DNA of 59,536 nucleotides, taken from Raja brachyura. Lineage: Eukaryota. Location of the stretch: the NCBI GenBank assembly GCA_963514005.1, contig CAUPSL010000102.1:62001-121536 (forward strand). The letters run 5' to 3'. This document shows, in pieces, positions 13,224-25,080 of the stretch. The translations under genes and the position numbers were made by a program. The notes under the pieces were generated by a model. The model had not been told where the DNA came from. It was given only the letters and a program-made list of their open reading frames with translations, and searched no databases. The stretch's first letter is position 1; each line of letters opens with the position of its first letter.

Positions 13224-13981
13224 TTAGAAATTGCATTAATTGCAAAGTGTAAAAAGAGTTGAGATACTGTATTATAATTTTGCTGCATGCCATTGTGGTA
13301 TATATCATGTCTTGATTGCTGAATATGTTTAGTTTGTGACTTTATTTGAAGCAGAAATAATATGTGAATGCTTCATTGAGCATAATTCCGACTAGTAACT
13401 ACGCACTTTCTCCGAGCGCATTATTGCATGCGGCATGCAAGCCGTCTGAAATGACCACCTAAACTGTCATTTGGCAACTTAAAAAGCTGCCAAGGTTGCC
13501 CGGCTGACAACAGGGAAAAAAAGTGAGAGCCCTGCAAGGTGTATAATATTTTTGACACTGTCACAGGCCTTTCTTACATATGCTGTCACAATGCACTGTA
13601 GTTTCTAAACAACGCTTCAGTAATTTTCATTGTCCTCCATTTCAGAATAATATTGTTTTAAGCCGATAACTCGACACTAGCACTGGCAATAAATAAATAA
13701 ATAAAGCACAGCTTTCCTGCCCCTCATCTCATTGCAAATGCTCGGCTGCAAATCGGTGCCAATCTGGTGGACCATCTTCCTCTAGTCGTGGGGGTGGGGG
13801 ATTGGGAGGGGCCTCACAAGTGGAACAGCCTAGGGCCTCTCTTCATCTAAATCCGGTCCTGGGCCCCGGCGTCCTCTGCTGCTCACTGACCCGGCACACG
13901 GAAAGCCCTTTCCATGTCAAGATACACATGTAACAATTGTTTTCACCGATTACATCCAGATTGCAGGATTTGGACTATAAG

Positions 13982-15210
13982 CATATAACCATATAACAAT
14001 TACAGCACGGAAACAGGACTTCTCTGCCCTTTCAGTCCGTGCCCACCATTTATTTTCCCCTAGTCCCATCCACCTGCACTCAGACCATACGCCTCCATTC
14101 CCTTCCCGTCCATATACCTATCCAATTTACTTTTAAATGTTAAAATCGATCCTACCTCCACCACTTCTGCTGGAAGATCATTCCACTCTCTGAGTAAAGA
14201 AGTTCCCCCTCATGTTACCCCTAAACTTCTGTTCCTTAATTCTCATGTCATTCCCTCTTGTTTGAATCTTCCCTACCCTCAATGGGAAAAGCTTATCCAC
14301 GTCAACTCTGTCTATCCCTTTCATCATTTTAAAGACCTCAATCAAGACCCCCCTTAACCTTCTGCGCTCCAAAGAATAAAGACCTAACTTGTTCAACCTT
14401 TCTCTGTAACTTAGTTGCTGGAACCCAGGCAACATTCTAGTAAATCTCCTCTGTACTCGCCCTATTTTGTTGACATCCTTCCTATAATTAGGCGACCAAA
14501 ATTGTACACCATACTCCAGAATTGGTCTTACCAATGCCTTGTACAATTTTAACATCACTTCCCTACTCCTATATTCAATGCTCTGAGTTATAAAGGCCAG
14601 CACACCAAAAGATTTCTTTACCACCCCATCTACATGCGATTCCACCTTCAGGGAACTGTGCACAGTTATTCCTAGATCCCTCTGTTCCACAGCATTCCTC
14701 AATTCCCTACCATTTACCATGTATTTCCTATTTTGATTTGTCATGCCAAGATGTAGCACTTCACACTTATCAGCATTAAACTCCATCTGCCATCTTTCAG
14801 CCCACTCTTCCAAATGGCCCAAATCTCTTTGTAAACTTTGAAAATCTACTTCATTATCCACAGCACCACCTATCTTAGTATCATCTGCATACTTACTTAT
14901 CCAATTTTCCACCCCATCATCTAGATCATTGATGCACATGACAAACAACAGTGGACCCAACACAGATCCCTGAGGCACCCCACTGGTCACCGGCTTCCAC
15001 CCTGACAAACAGCCATCCACCATTACTCTCTGGAATCTCCCATTCAGCCACTGTTGAATCCATCTTGCTACTCCGCCATTAACACCCAAAGATTGAACCT
15101 TCTTAACCAACCTTCCACGGGGAACCTTGTCAAAGGCCTTACTGAAATCCATATAGACAACATCCACTGCTTTACCCTCATCAATTTCCCTAGTAACCTC
15201 TTCAAAAATT
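13982..15210 (-). mobile_element. CR1 LINE (second subfamily, GTTATAT-type tail) starting just after a 10-nt IgC exon stub (13967-13976)
   Basis: RT ORF 14178-15272 ([25 protein letters not shown]). The upstream attgcag|GATTTGG matches the IgC acceptor at 17837-17850. Confidence 0.9.
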
Positions 15211-15306
15211 CTGGGGGTGTGGGGGGAGGGGGGTGTGTGGGGGTTCAGAAGCTGGATCAAAGTGTACAACAAAGTGAAGGCAGAGTGTTCTGTGTACCCA
15301 TGACCT

Positions 15307-15788
15307 ATTGAGCTCCAAGTTGTTACGAAGGCACCAGGACACCAGCCTGGTCACTTCCTGTCCGTAGGCAGATTCCTCCCCATCCTGGATGAGTCCAATC
15401 AGGGTTGTGTCGTCCGCAAACTTGAGAAGCTTGACAGGGGAGTCTGTGGAGGTGCAGTCATTGGTGTGGAGAGAATCGAGGAGAGGCGAGAGTACACAGC
15501 CTTGAGGTGCTCCTATGCTGAGGGTCTGCGGGGCTGAAATGTGCTTTTCCAGCCTCACATGCTGCTTCCTGTCTGTCACGAAGCTGGTGATCCACTGACG
15601 GAGGGGTTCAGGCACAGTCAATTTGGAGAATTTGTAGCTCTGGCACAATGGTGTTGAATGCACAGCTAAAATCCACAAACAAAATCCTCGCATAGGTCCC
15701 CTGGCAGTCTAGGTGCTGGAGGATGAAGTGCAGGACTAGGTTGACTGCGTCATCCACAGATCTATTGGCCCGATGTTCAAACTGCAAT
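15307..15788 (-). mobile_element. Rex1/Babar-type LINE, 5' half (inside the inverted segment)
   Basis: LQFEHRANRSVDDAV...IGAPQGCVLSPLL...LLKFADDTTLIGLI...RNNLELN. Confidence 0.85.
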
Positions 15789-16409
15789 CGGAATGTAATC
15801 GGTAAACACGATAGTTACACATGTATCTCGGCATGGAAAGGGCTTTCCGTGTGCTGGGTCAGTGAGCAGCAGATGACGCCGGGGCCTGAAGAGCCACAGA
15901 AAGAGCAGCGGTGGGAACTCCAACGATCCTTGGTTGGGTGACCGGGTACCGCCGCGTTACCGCCCCATCGCCTCGTCGTCACCTTCCCCTTCAGCTAACA
16001 ATGATCTGTTCTACATTTTACTTGAATCGCGTCCCCTTTGATTCATCTTTTTCCCACCTTACCCTTCCATATCTCTAGACTCCCTCTCCCATGATTCTCA
16101 GTCTTCAGATGGGTCTCGACCCGAAACGTCACCCATTCCTGCTCTCCACACATGCTGCCTGTCCCGCGGAGTTACTCCTGCATTTTATGTCTACATTCGG
16201 TGTAAACCTGCATCTGCAGTTCCTTCCCACACACAACCTCGCCGCTGCCATTCCGTTCCAGGCCGTGTCACTCCCAGCCTGTGCCGAGGCAGCGGTCAAC
16301 ATTGTCAGTAACCCTTGACCTTCCCAGTAAAATCCCAGTCTGGGGGGCAGCTTACTGACATTCCCGGTGTAAACCCTGGTGTGAACTCTATGCCTCCATA
16401 GGGACTCAC

Positions 16410-16757
16410 CTTCAACCTGCAGCCGCAGCGCCGCCTGGTGACTGGACGTGGGGGTGCTGATGGAACACGTGTACATTCCAGCATCTGATACTTTGACCCT
16501 CTTCAGTTTAAGCGATGCGTTTCCACGGGGAAACTCTTCCCGAATAAGCTCCGTCCTCCCTCGGTAAGCCCCGTCCTGCACCTCAGCTCGGTCCTGGCCG
16601 CCGGTGTATAAATGTACCGGTGACCCCGGGCTCGTTGTAAACCATCGGACCTCCAGAGCGTCCAGTGATGTATCCGGTACCTTCTGACATTCCAACACGG
16701 CATCTTCACCCATCATGGCCACCACCGGATAGTCCGGCACAATCACAGAGAACTCCT
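16410..16757 (-). CDS. BTN: Butyrophilin-like IgV exon, copy 2: open frame, intact splice sites, but inverted relative to the rest of the gene
   Basis: 348-nt exon tctag|AGGAG...GAAG|gtgag on minus. EFSVIVPDYPVVAMMGEDAVLEC...YRGRTELIREEFPRGNASLKL...DAGMYTC, with no stop. Confidence 0.88.
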
Positions 16758-17083
16758 CTAGAAAATACAATGGTTAAGCTTCAGAATATTTGTAGAATCT
16801 TTCCTGCTGGCGATTTAAAGAAAGCAAATGTGATTATTTTGTTATAGTTTGGAACTCTTCAATAATGAAAATATTTTGTTATAGTTTGGAACTCTTCAAT
16901 AATGAAAGATTCAATAATGCATAACGAAAGCTGCTGCATATATTTTCGACCGGAAACATCACCTATCCCTCTGCCTGACCCAGTGAGTTGTTCCAGCATT
17001 TTGTGTCTGCCTTCGGTACAAACTAGCCTCTGCAGTTCAATAGCCACATATTCTTGTGGACTTTCCTTTCCCACTAATTAAAC

Positions 17084-17836
17084 AATGCTCTTAAGACGGT
17101 GGAATTAAATGTAGACTTTAGGAGAGCTCCCCCTCCCCTCACACCACTCACCATCAACAACACCACAGTCACATCTGTGGAGTCCTTTAAATTCCTGGGA
17201 ACCATCATCTCCAAGGGCCCTAAATGGGGGGGCCATCATCGACGCGACAGTCAAAAAGGCCCAAAAGAGGATGTACTTCATGCGGCTGCTGTGGAAGCCC
17301 AATCTGCAACAGGCAATGATGGTCCAATTCTATGATGGTCCTCACCTTCTCCATCATGTTCTGCTTTGGCTCAGCCACTGAGCCCGACATCCGGAGGCCG
17401 CAGCGAATTGTCGATCAGCTGAGAAGGTAGTTGGCTGCAACCTTCCCTCCGTTGATGAACTGTAAACTGCAAGGGCCAGGAAACGAGCGGGTAAGATCAT
17501 CTCTGATGCCTCTCACCCTGGCAACAAACTATTTGATTCACTTCCCTCTGGAAGGCGACTGCAGACTGCCAAAGCTACAACAGCCAGACATAAAAACAGC
17601 TTTTTTCCATGAGTAGTAGCTCTGCTCAATAACCAAAAATCTGTAGCCTCCTTTTGCTCTGGTATTTTATTTAATGCACATGTTTATGATAATGTGTTAT
17701 TATTAATGTTTAATGTTTTATGTGTCATTCCAAACTGTCACTGTATGGCATGTTGTCCATTTTGGGCGGAGCACCTAGGCAAATTCCTTGTATGTGAATA
17801 CTTGGCCAATAAACGTATTCATTCATCCATTCATTC
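17084..17836 (+). mobile_element. Rex1/Babar-type LINE, 3' half, with AATAAA and (CATT)n tail
   Basis: ALKTVELNVDFRR...VESFKFLGTIIS continues the RNNLELN end of the 15307-15788 piece. Confidence 0.85.
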
Positions 17837-17843
17837 ATTGCAG

Positions 17844-18128
17844 GATTTGGCCTCCGGCCCTGGATCCGCTTGGAGGAAAGCACCACGCAAGGAGTGCGTG
17901 TGGTGTGTAAGTCGAATGGATGGTTTCCCAAGCCGGTGATACGGTGGCTGGATGGGAGTGGACAAGATGTAACAGCACGGTCTGACACACTGTTCACTGA
18001 GGACTCCAGCGGGCTGATCACTGTCCACAGTCACATCGATGTCACAAGTGATTCTGTGAACAGGTATTCCTGTTTCATACGAAGTAGGTCAACGGGGAAA
18101 ACACGAGAGGCCCATCTCCAGATATCAG
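17844..18128 (+). CDS. BTN: Butyrophilin-like IgC exon
   Basis: 285 nt, phase 1-1, ttgcag|...CAG|gtacg. GFGLRPWI...VVCKSNGWFPKPVIRW...YSCFIR...LQIS, open frame. Confidence 0.9.
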
Positions 18129-18250
18129 GTACGTGGGAACCTGGGAAACATTCTACAAAAGCGAGTTCTAAACTAACTTTCACTGCGCAAACCAGCATCT
18201 GTAGTTCCTTCCTGTTGCTGTTACTGATCTATTTTCATTCACCAATATAG

Positions 18251-18370
18251 ATGAGTTATTTCCTAAAACCAACCCTTGGCTGCTGGTTTTCTGGGCGTTT
18301 GTGGCCCTCGTGGTAACGGCTGCTGCTTTCAATATAATGTTACACAGAAAAGAAGATAAAATGATTAAAG
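18251..18370 (+). CDS. BTN: Butyrophilin-like transmembrane exon
   Basis: 120 nt, atag|...AAAG|gtgag. DELFPKTNPWLLVFWAFVALVVTAAAFNIMLHRKEDKMIK (hydrophobic span followed by basic residues). Confidence 0.88.
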
Positions 18371-18519
18371 GTGAGAGCAAGATATGGTGCCGCGTTATTG
18401 CATTCAGAAAGTTTATAAAACGTTTATATTTTGTACACAATTTAGCATCCACACAAACGTTAGATTTGATCACAGCTCCGTAGTTTGACACATCCCGCAT
18501 GGTCGGCTGTTCTGGAGCG

Positions 18520-19670
18520 TTAGATCGCATGGGATCCAAGAAGCGATAGCTGAATGGATAGCAAATTGGCTTCATGGAAGGAAGCAGAGGGTAATGGTGG
18601 AAGGTTGCTTCTGGGACTGGAGGCCTGTGACTACTGGAGTGCCTCAGGGTTCGGTGCTGGGCCCGTTACTGTTTGTCATCTACATCATTGGTTTGGATGA
18701 GAATATACGGATGAGAGGCCAGTTCATTGGCCATATTTAAGAGGGCGTTCGATGTGGCCCTTGTGGCTAAAGGGATCAGGGGGTATGGAGAGAAGGCAGG
18801 TACGGGATACCGAGTTGGATGATCAGCCATGATCATATTGAATGGCGGTGCAGGCTCGAAGGGCCGAATGGCCTACCCCTCCACCTATTTCTATGTTTCT
18901 ATGTTTATGTTTCTATACATGGCAATGTTAGCAAGTTTGGTGAAGATACAACAGTGGGTGGTTTTGCAGATAGTGAAGATGGTTGTGAAACATTGCAGGA
19001 TCTGGATCGATTGGCCAGGTGGGCTGAGGAATGGTTGTTGGAATTTTATACAGCAAAAAGTGAGGTGTTGCATTTTGGGAAGTCTAACATGGGCAGGACC
19101 TACACAGTGAATGGCAGGGCTCTTCTCTCCGGAGATGTCGTAGAGCAGAAGGATCTAAGAGTACAGGTGCATGTTATAGGAAAGACGTTGTCAAGCTGGA
19201 AAGGGTACAGAGAAGATTAACGAGGATGTTGCCAAGACTAGAAGGTCTGAGCTATAAGGGGAGGTTACGTAGGCTGGGAGGACAAGAGTTGATCTTATAG
19301 AGGTGTACAAAATCATGGGAGGAATAGATCCGGTGGAGGCAAACGCCCAGAAAACCAGCAGCCAAGTGTTACAAATTAACTCATCTACGCAGAGTTTCTT
19401 GCCCAGAGTAGGTGAATCGAGGACCAGAGGTGAAGCTGAAGGGGACAATAATTAATTGGAATCTGAGGGAAAACCTTTTTCACACAAATAGTGGTGGGTG
19501 TATGGTAGAAGCTGTCAGAGGAGGTTGTTGTGGCTGGGACTATCACAGCGTTTCAGAACCAGTTAGAGGTACATGGATAGGACAGGATTGGAGGGATATG
19601 GGCCAAACGCAGGCAGATACGATTAGTGTAGCTGGATCATATTAGCCGGCGTGGGCAAGTTGGTTCAACG
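18520..19670 (+). mobile_element. Cluster of CR1 fragments
   Basis: [27 protein letters not shown] and CR1 3' UTR pieces. Confidence 0.78.
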
Positions 19671-20424
19671 TGTTACAGACACAGGCAGATGGGATTAGTG
19701 CCGGCACAAGGAGATTCTAGGACGGCGCTGTGGAGCAGCGGTAGAGTTGCTGCCTTGTAGCGCTAGAGACCCGAGTCAATCCTGATGCTGATTGTATGGA
19801 GTTTGTACGTTCTCCCGGTGACCGCGTGGGCTTTCTCCGGAGCTCCAGTTTTCTCCCACTCCCAAAGACCAGCGATCTCCGCACCTTAACACTATCCGAT
19901 ACCCACTAGCGACACTTTTTACATTTACCAAGCCAATTAACCTACAAACCTGTACGTCTTTGGAATGTGGGAGGAAACCGAAGATCTCGGAGAAAACCCA
20001 TGCAAGTCAGTCCGCCCAGACATACCTGATCTCCCCTTGCTAAAAACTTTAACTCCCCCTCCTGTTCCCACATTGATGTTTCTGTTCTGGGCGACCTCCA
20101 TCTTCAGAGTGAAGCTCGACGGAAGTTGGAGGAACAGCATCTCATCTTTCATTTGGGCAGCTTACAATATTGACTTCTGTAACTTCAAGTAACCTTGCTT
20201 TCCCTCTCTCTCCATCCCTCCCTCTTCCGAATTCTCCGACCAGTCCGAGTGTCCCCCAGATTAAATCTTATCTCTGTATGTTTCGTTGTCACATTCTCCT
20301 GCTTAACAATTATCTATTCTACATTTCCTTGATCTGCATCCCATTTCATCTCCCGTTTTCACACCTCACCCTTCCTTATCTCTCGTTTCCGTCTCCTCTG
20401 ACTCTCAGTCTGAAGAAGGGTCTC

Positions 20425-22080
20425 CAATGTTCTCTCGAATCTGGATCAGTTCATGTGGACTGGAGGGTAGCCACTTTTTAAGAAAGGAGGGAGAGAGAAA
20501 ACGGGGAATTATAGACAAGTTACTGTAGACTTGCATCGGTAGTGGGGAAGATGTTTTGAGTCGATTATTAAAGATGTTACAGCTGCGCATTTGGAAAGCA
20601 GTGACAGGATCGGTCAATGTCAGCACAGATCTATGAAGGGGAAATCATGCTTGACTAATCTTCTGGAATTTTTGAGGATGTAACAAGTAGAATGGATAAA
20701 GGAGAGCCAGTGGATGTGGTGTATTTGGACTTTCATAAAGCCTTTGACAAGGTCCCATACAAAAGATTAGTGTGCAAAATTGGAGCACATGGTATTGGGG
20801 GTAGGGTATTGATATGGATAGAGGACAGGTTAGCAGACAGGGAGTAGGAATTAATGGGTCCTTTCCAGAATGGCAGGCAGTGACTAGTAGGGTGCAGCAA
20901 GGGTCGATGCTAGGAGCCCAGTTATTTACAATATATATAACCGATTTAGACGAGGGAATCAAATGTGACATCTCCAAGTTTGTAGACGACACAAAGCTGG
21001 GTGGCAGTGCGAGATGCGATGAGGATGACATGAGGCTGCAGGGTGACTTGGATAGGTTGAGTGAGAGGACAGATACATGGCAGATGCAGTACAATGTGGA
21101 TAAATGTGAGGTTATCCACTTTGGTGGCAAGAAAAGGAAGGCAGATTATTATCTGAATTGTGTCCGATTAGGAAAAGGGAAGGTGCAAGAAGACCTGGGT
21201 GTGCTTGTACATCAGTCACTGAGAGTGAGCATGCAGGTAGAGCAGACAGTGAAGAAAGCAAATAGACTGCTGCCCTTCATTGCGAGAGGATTTGAGTTTA
21301 GGAGCAAGGAGGTCCTACTCTTGTTGTACAGGGCCCTGGAGAGACCACACCTGGAGTACCGTGTACAATTTTACTCTCCTAATTTGAGGAAGGACATTCT
21401 TGCTATTGAGGGAGTGCAGCGTAGGTTCGCCATTCATTGTGATCGTGGCTGATCGGCCGCTATCAATAACCCGTGCCTGCCTTCTCCCCATATCCCTTGA
21501 CTCCAAAACCCACAGGTCCCTAGAGCTCTATCCAACTCGCTCTTAAATCCATGTGATCAAGGCTGATCATCCCCAATCAGTACCCCATTCCTGCCTTCTC
21601 CCCATATCCCCTGACTCCGCTATTTTAAAGAGCCCTATCTAGCTCTTTCTTGAAAGCATCCAGAGAACCTGCCTCCACCGCCCACTGAGGCAGAGAATTC
21701 CAGAGACTCACCACTCTCTGTGATAAAAAGTGTTTCCTCGTCTCCGTTCTAAATGGCTTACTCCTTATTCTTATACTGTGGCCCCTGGTTCAGGACTCCC
21801 CCAATCGGGGACATGTTTCCTGCCTCTAGTGTGTCCAAGCCCTCAACAATCTTATATGTTTCAATGAGATTCCCTCTCATCCTTCTAAACTCCAGAGCGT
21901 ACAAGCCCAGCTGCTCCATTCTCTCAGCATACGACAGTCCCACCATCCCAGGAATTAACCTTGTAAACCTATGCTGTACTCCCTCAATAACAAGAATGTC
22001 CTTCCTCAAATTAGGGGACAAAAACTGCACACAATACTCCAGGTGTGGTCTCACTAGGGCTCTGTACAACTGCAGAAGGA
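20425..22080. mobile_element. CR1 fragments (+ 20425-21430; - ~21430-22080), preceded by a Penelope 3' remnant (~20010-20420)
   Basis: RT motifs in ORFs 20814-21452 (+) and 21758-22099 (-). Confidence 0.8.
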
Positions 22081-22867
22081 ATATCCTATTCCTGCGCATA
22101 TTTGTCTATGTTTCTCCGACCTGAAATTCACCCATTCCTTCTCTCCAGTGATGCTACCTGCCCGCTGTTACTCCAGCATTTTGTGTCTATCTTGAATCAT
22201 TGAGGTGTCCTTTGAAGCACAATGGCCATTCATGAAGTCAGAAGAGAGAAGTTGGTGTAATCACCACAAGCTCTCTCCGAGCAACGACCTGGCCCTGTTG
22301 TTTGAGAAAGGTCTGATCAAGTATAAACATTAGCATGAGAGCCCTGATGGCACTGTTGTATATTCCACATTGGTGTGACAAAACCCACAGGTTTACGACT
22401 GGGCCAACTGAAGGCTCCTCTGGTGGTTTCCTTGGCTCAGCACCGCAGCGACAGCTGGAGTTACGACTCGAGTTGCTGAAGCTCAACATTGCGACCGAGG
22501 CGAGAGGAGAAAACCTCACTGAGCCACAGCAGATGGTGCAGAAAGGAAGTGGGAAAATCCCATTCACACAACCCGTGTGAAGGCTGTGGGATTCACGGCC
22601 TAAAGGGTGGAGGAAGAGCAAGCCTTGCCACATGGGGAAGGTTCTTGGAGGAAGTCTCGGTGCGCAGTGTCCTTGCGGTCATTTGCAGGTGGAGTTTGTC
22701 TCCATCACCGTCTCCTCCGGCTCTGGTGAATGTGGGGTCCTTGTGCCCCACCTCCTAGCGCAGTATCTCAATCCAGAGGGCACCGTGTGAAATGTGCTCT
22801 GTTTGTGCACAGCGTGGAACGTGCTGCCGGCCTCACTCACTGACATGTTCCTGCTTCTTGTTTTCAG

Positions 22868-22894
22868 AACTGCAGCTGTTTCTCTCTTTGGAAG
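22868..22894 (+). CDS. BTN: Butyrophilin-like 27-nt cytoplasmic exon (ELQLFLSLE)
   Basis: Polypyrimidine tract ttttcag|, GAAG|gtaag, phase 1-1. Size is typical of BTN heptad exons. Confidence 0.7.
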
Positions 22895-23139
22895 GTAAGA
22901 TATTTCGGAGACAGCAGAGGAACAGGCCATTCGGCCCAAACTTTCTGATTATGAGAGGCAACGATAGGATAGAGCGTCAACATCTTATTTCCCGCGGTAG
23001 GTATCAAAGGTATGAGGTGATGAGGTGAGAGGACGATGTGTGCAGGGATCTGAGGAGTGATGTTTTAACACAGGGAATGGTTTTGATATCTGAATCATGC
23101 TATCAGAGAACGTGGCGAATCCAGATACTGAATATAATG

Positions 23140-24145
23140 AAGTAGATTTTCAAAGTCTACAGAGAGATTTAGGCCATTTGGAAGAGTGGGCTGAAAGATG
23201 GCAGATGATCAGAGTTTAATGCTGATAAGTGTGAGGTGCTATATATTGGCAGGACAGATCAAAATAGGACGCACATGGTAAATTATAGGGAATTGAGGAA
23301 TGCAGTTGAACAGAGGGATGTAGGAATAACTGTGCATAGTTCCCTGAAGGTGGAATCTCATGTAGATAGGGTGGTAAAGAAAGCTTTTGGTGTGCTGGCC
23401 TTTATAAATCAGAGCATTGAGTACAGAAGTTGGGATGTAATGTTAAAAGTGTACATGGCATTGGTGAGGCCAATTCTGGAATATGGTGTACAATTCTGGT
23501 CGCCAAATTATAGGAAAGATGTCAATAAAATAGAGAGAGTACAGAGAAGATTTACTAGAATGTTGCCTGGGTTTCATACCTAAATTACAGAGAAAGGTTG
23601 AACAAGATAGTTCTTTGGAGCGCAGAAGGTTAAGGGGGGACTTCGTCTTCTTTCGTGTGGCGTGCACAACCTAAAGTTGTTGGGTAACTTGTTCTATTTG
23701 ATCTACGTTTGTCCACGTCGAGTCGATTGCATTAATCGAAACGGGGCTTACCATGTGAAGGTTGCAATCTTCCACCCCAAGGGGGGACTTGATAGAGGTC
23801 TTTAAAATTATGAGAGGGATAGACAGAGTTGACGTGGATAAGCATTTTCCATTGAGAGTAGGGAAGATTCAAACACGAGGACATGATTTGAGAATTAATG
23901 GACAGAAGCTTAGGTGTAACATGAGGGGAACTTCTTTACTCAGAGAGTGGTAGCTGTGTGGAATGAGCTTCCAGTGGAAGTGGTGGAGGCAGTTTCGATT
24001 TTATCATTTAAAAATAAATTGGGTGGGTATATGGACGGGAAAGGAATGGAGGGTTATGGTCTGACTGCAGGTAGATGGGACTAGGTGAGAGTAAGTGTTC
24101 GGCACGGGCTAGAAGGGCCGAGGTGCTGTAATTGTTATATGGTTA
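23140..24145 (+). mobile_element. CR1 LINE 3' fragment
   Basis: LVRPILEYGVQFWSP..., RGDLIEVFKI; GTTATAT tail. Confidence 0.85.
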
Positions 24146-24489
24146 TATACAGTGACTACGCTCAGAACAAAACATAGAACATAGAACAGTACAGGAAAAG
24201 ATCCTTCAGACCACGTATAGACATAGAAAGCTGGAGTAACTCAGTGGGACAGGCAGCATCTCTGGAGAGAATGAACCCATTCCTTTTCTCCAGAGATGCT
24301 ACCTGTCCCGCTGAGTTACTCCAGCTTTTTGTTTCTATCCTAGACTCTTCTGACAGTGGAAACATCCTCTCCACATCCACTCTATCCAAGCCTTTCACTA
24401 TTCTGTAGGCTTCAATGAGGTCCCCCCTCGTTGTTCTAAACTCCAGTGAGTACAGGCCCAGTGCCGTCAAACGCTCATCATATGTTAAG

Positions 24490-25080
24490 TGTTAAAGAAG
24501 GAACTGCAGATGCTGGAGAATCAAGGGTACACAAAAGGTTGGAGAAACTCAGCGGGTGCAGCAGCATCTAAGGAGCGAAGGAGATGGGCGGTGTTTCGGG
24601 TCGAGACTCTTCTTCAGACTGGTTAGGGATCAGGGAAACGAGAGATATAGACGGTGATGTGGAGAGATAAAGAACAATGAATGAAAGATATGCAAAAAAG
24701 TATCGATGATAAAGGAAACAGGCCATTGTAAGCTGTTTGTAGTGTGAAAATGAGAAGCCAGTGCGACTTGGGTGGGGGAGAGATAGAGAGAGATCACAGA
24801 GGGGGAGCAGTTAGAGAGGAGGTTGTGAAACTGTCTCCGTAGGGAGGAGGAGAACTTCTTCAAAGTAGGCATACCTTGAGGAGATATCGTAGTGGAGTAG
24901 ACAAAGTGTTGAAGAAAGAACTGCAGATGCTGGAGAATCGAGGGTACACAAAAGGCTGGAGAAACTGAGAGGGTGCAGCAGCATCTAAGGAGCGAAGGAG
25001 ATGGGTGAAGTTTCGTGTCGAGACCCTTCTTCAGCAGTTCTCTCTCTATCTCTCCCCCACCCAAGTCGCACTAGCTTCTC
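24490..25080 (-). mobile_element. Penelope-like pLTR fragments (partially duplicated)
   Basis: Reverse complement of the pLTR seen at 5500-5757 and 44670-44920. Confidence 0.75.

Noticed and set aside
15290-17100. RAG/RSS-mediated or recombinase-programmed inversion of the IgV exon
   Set aside because: No CACAGTG heptamer/nonamer and no inverted repeats at either breakpoint; the 3-bp duplication fits staggered-break repair. The V exon is BTN-type, not an antigen-receptor V.
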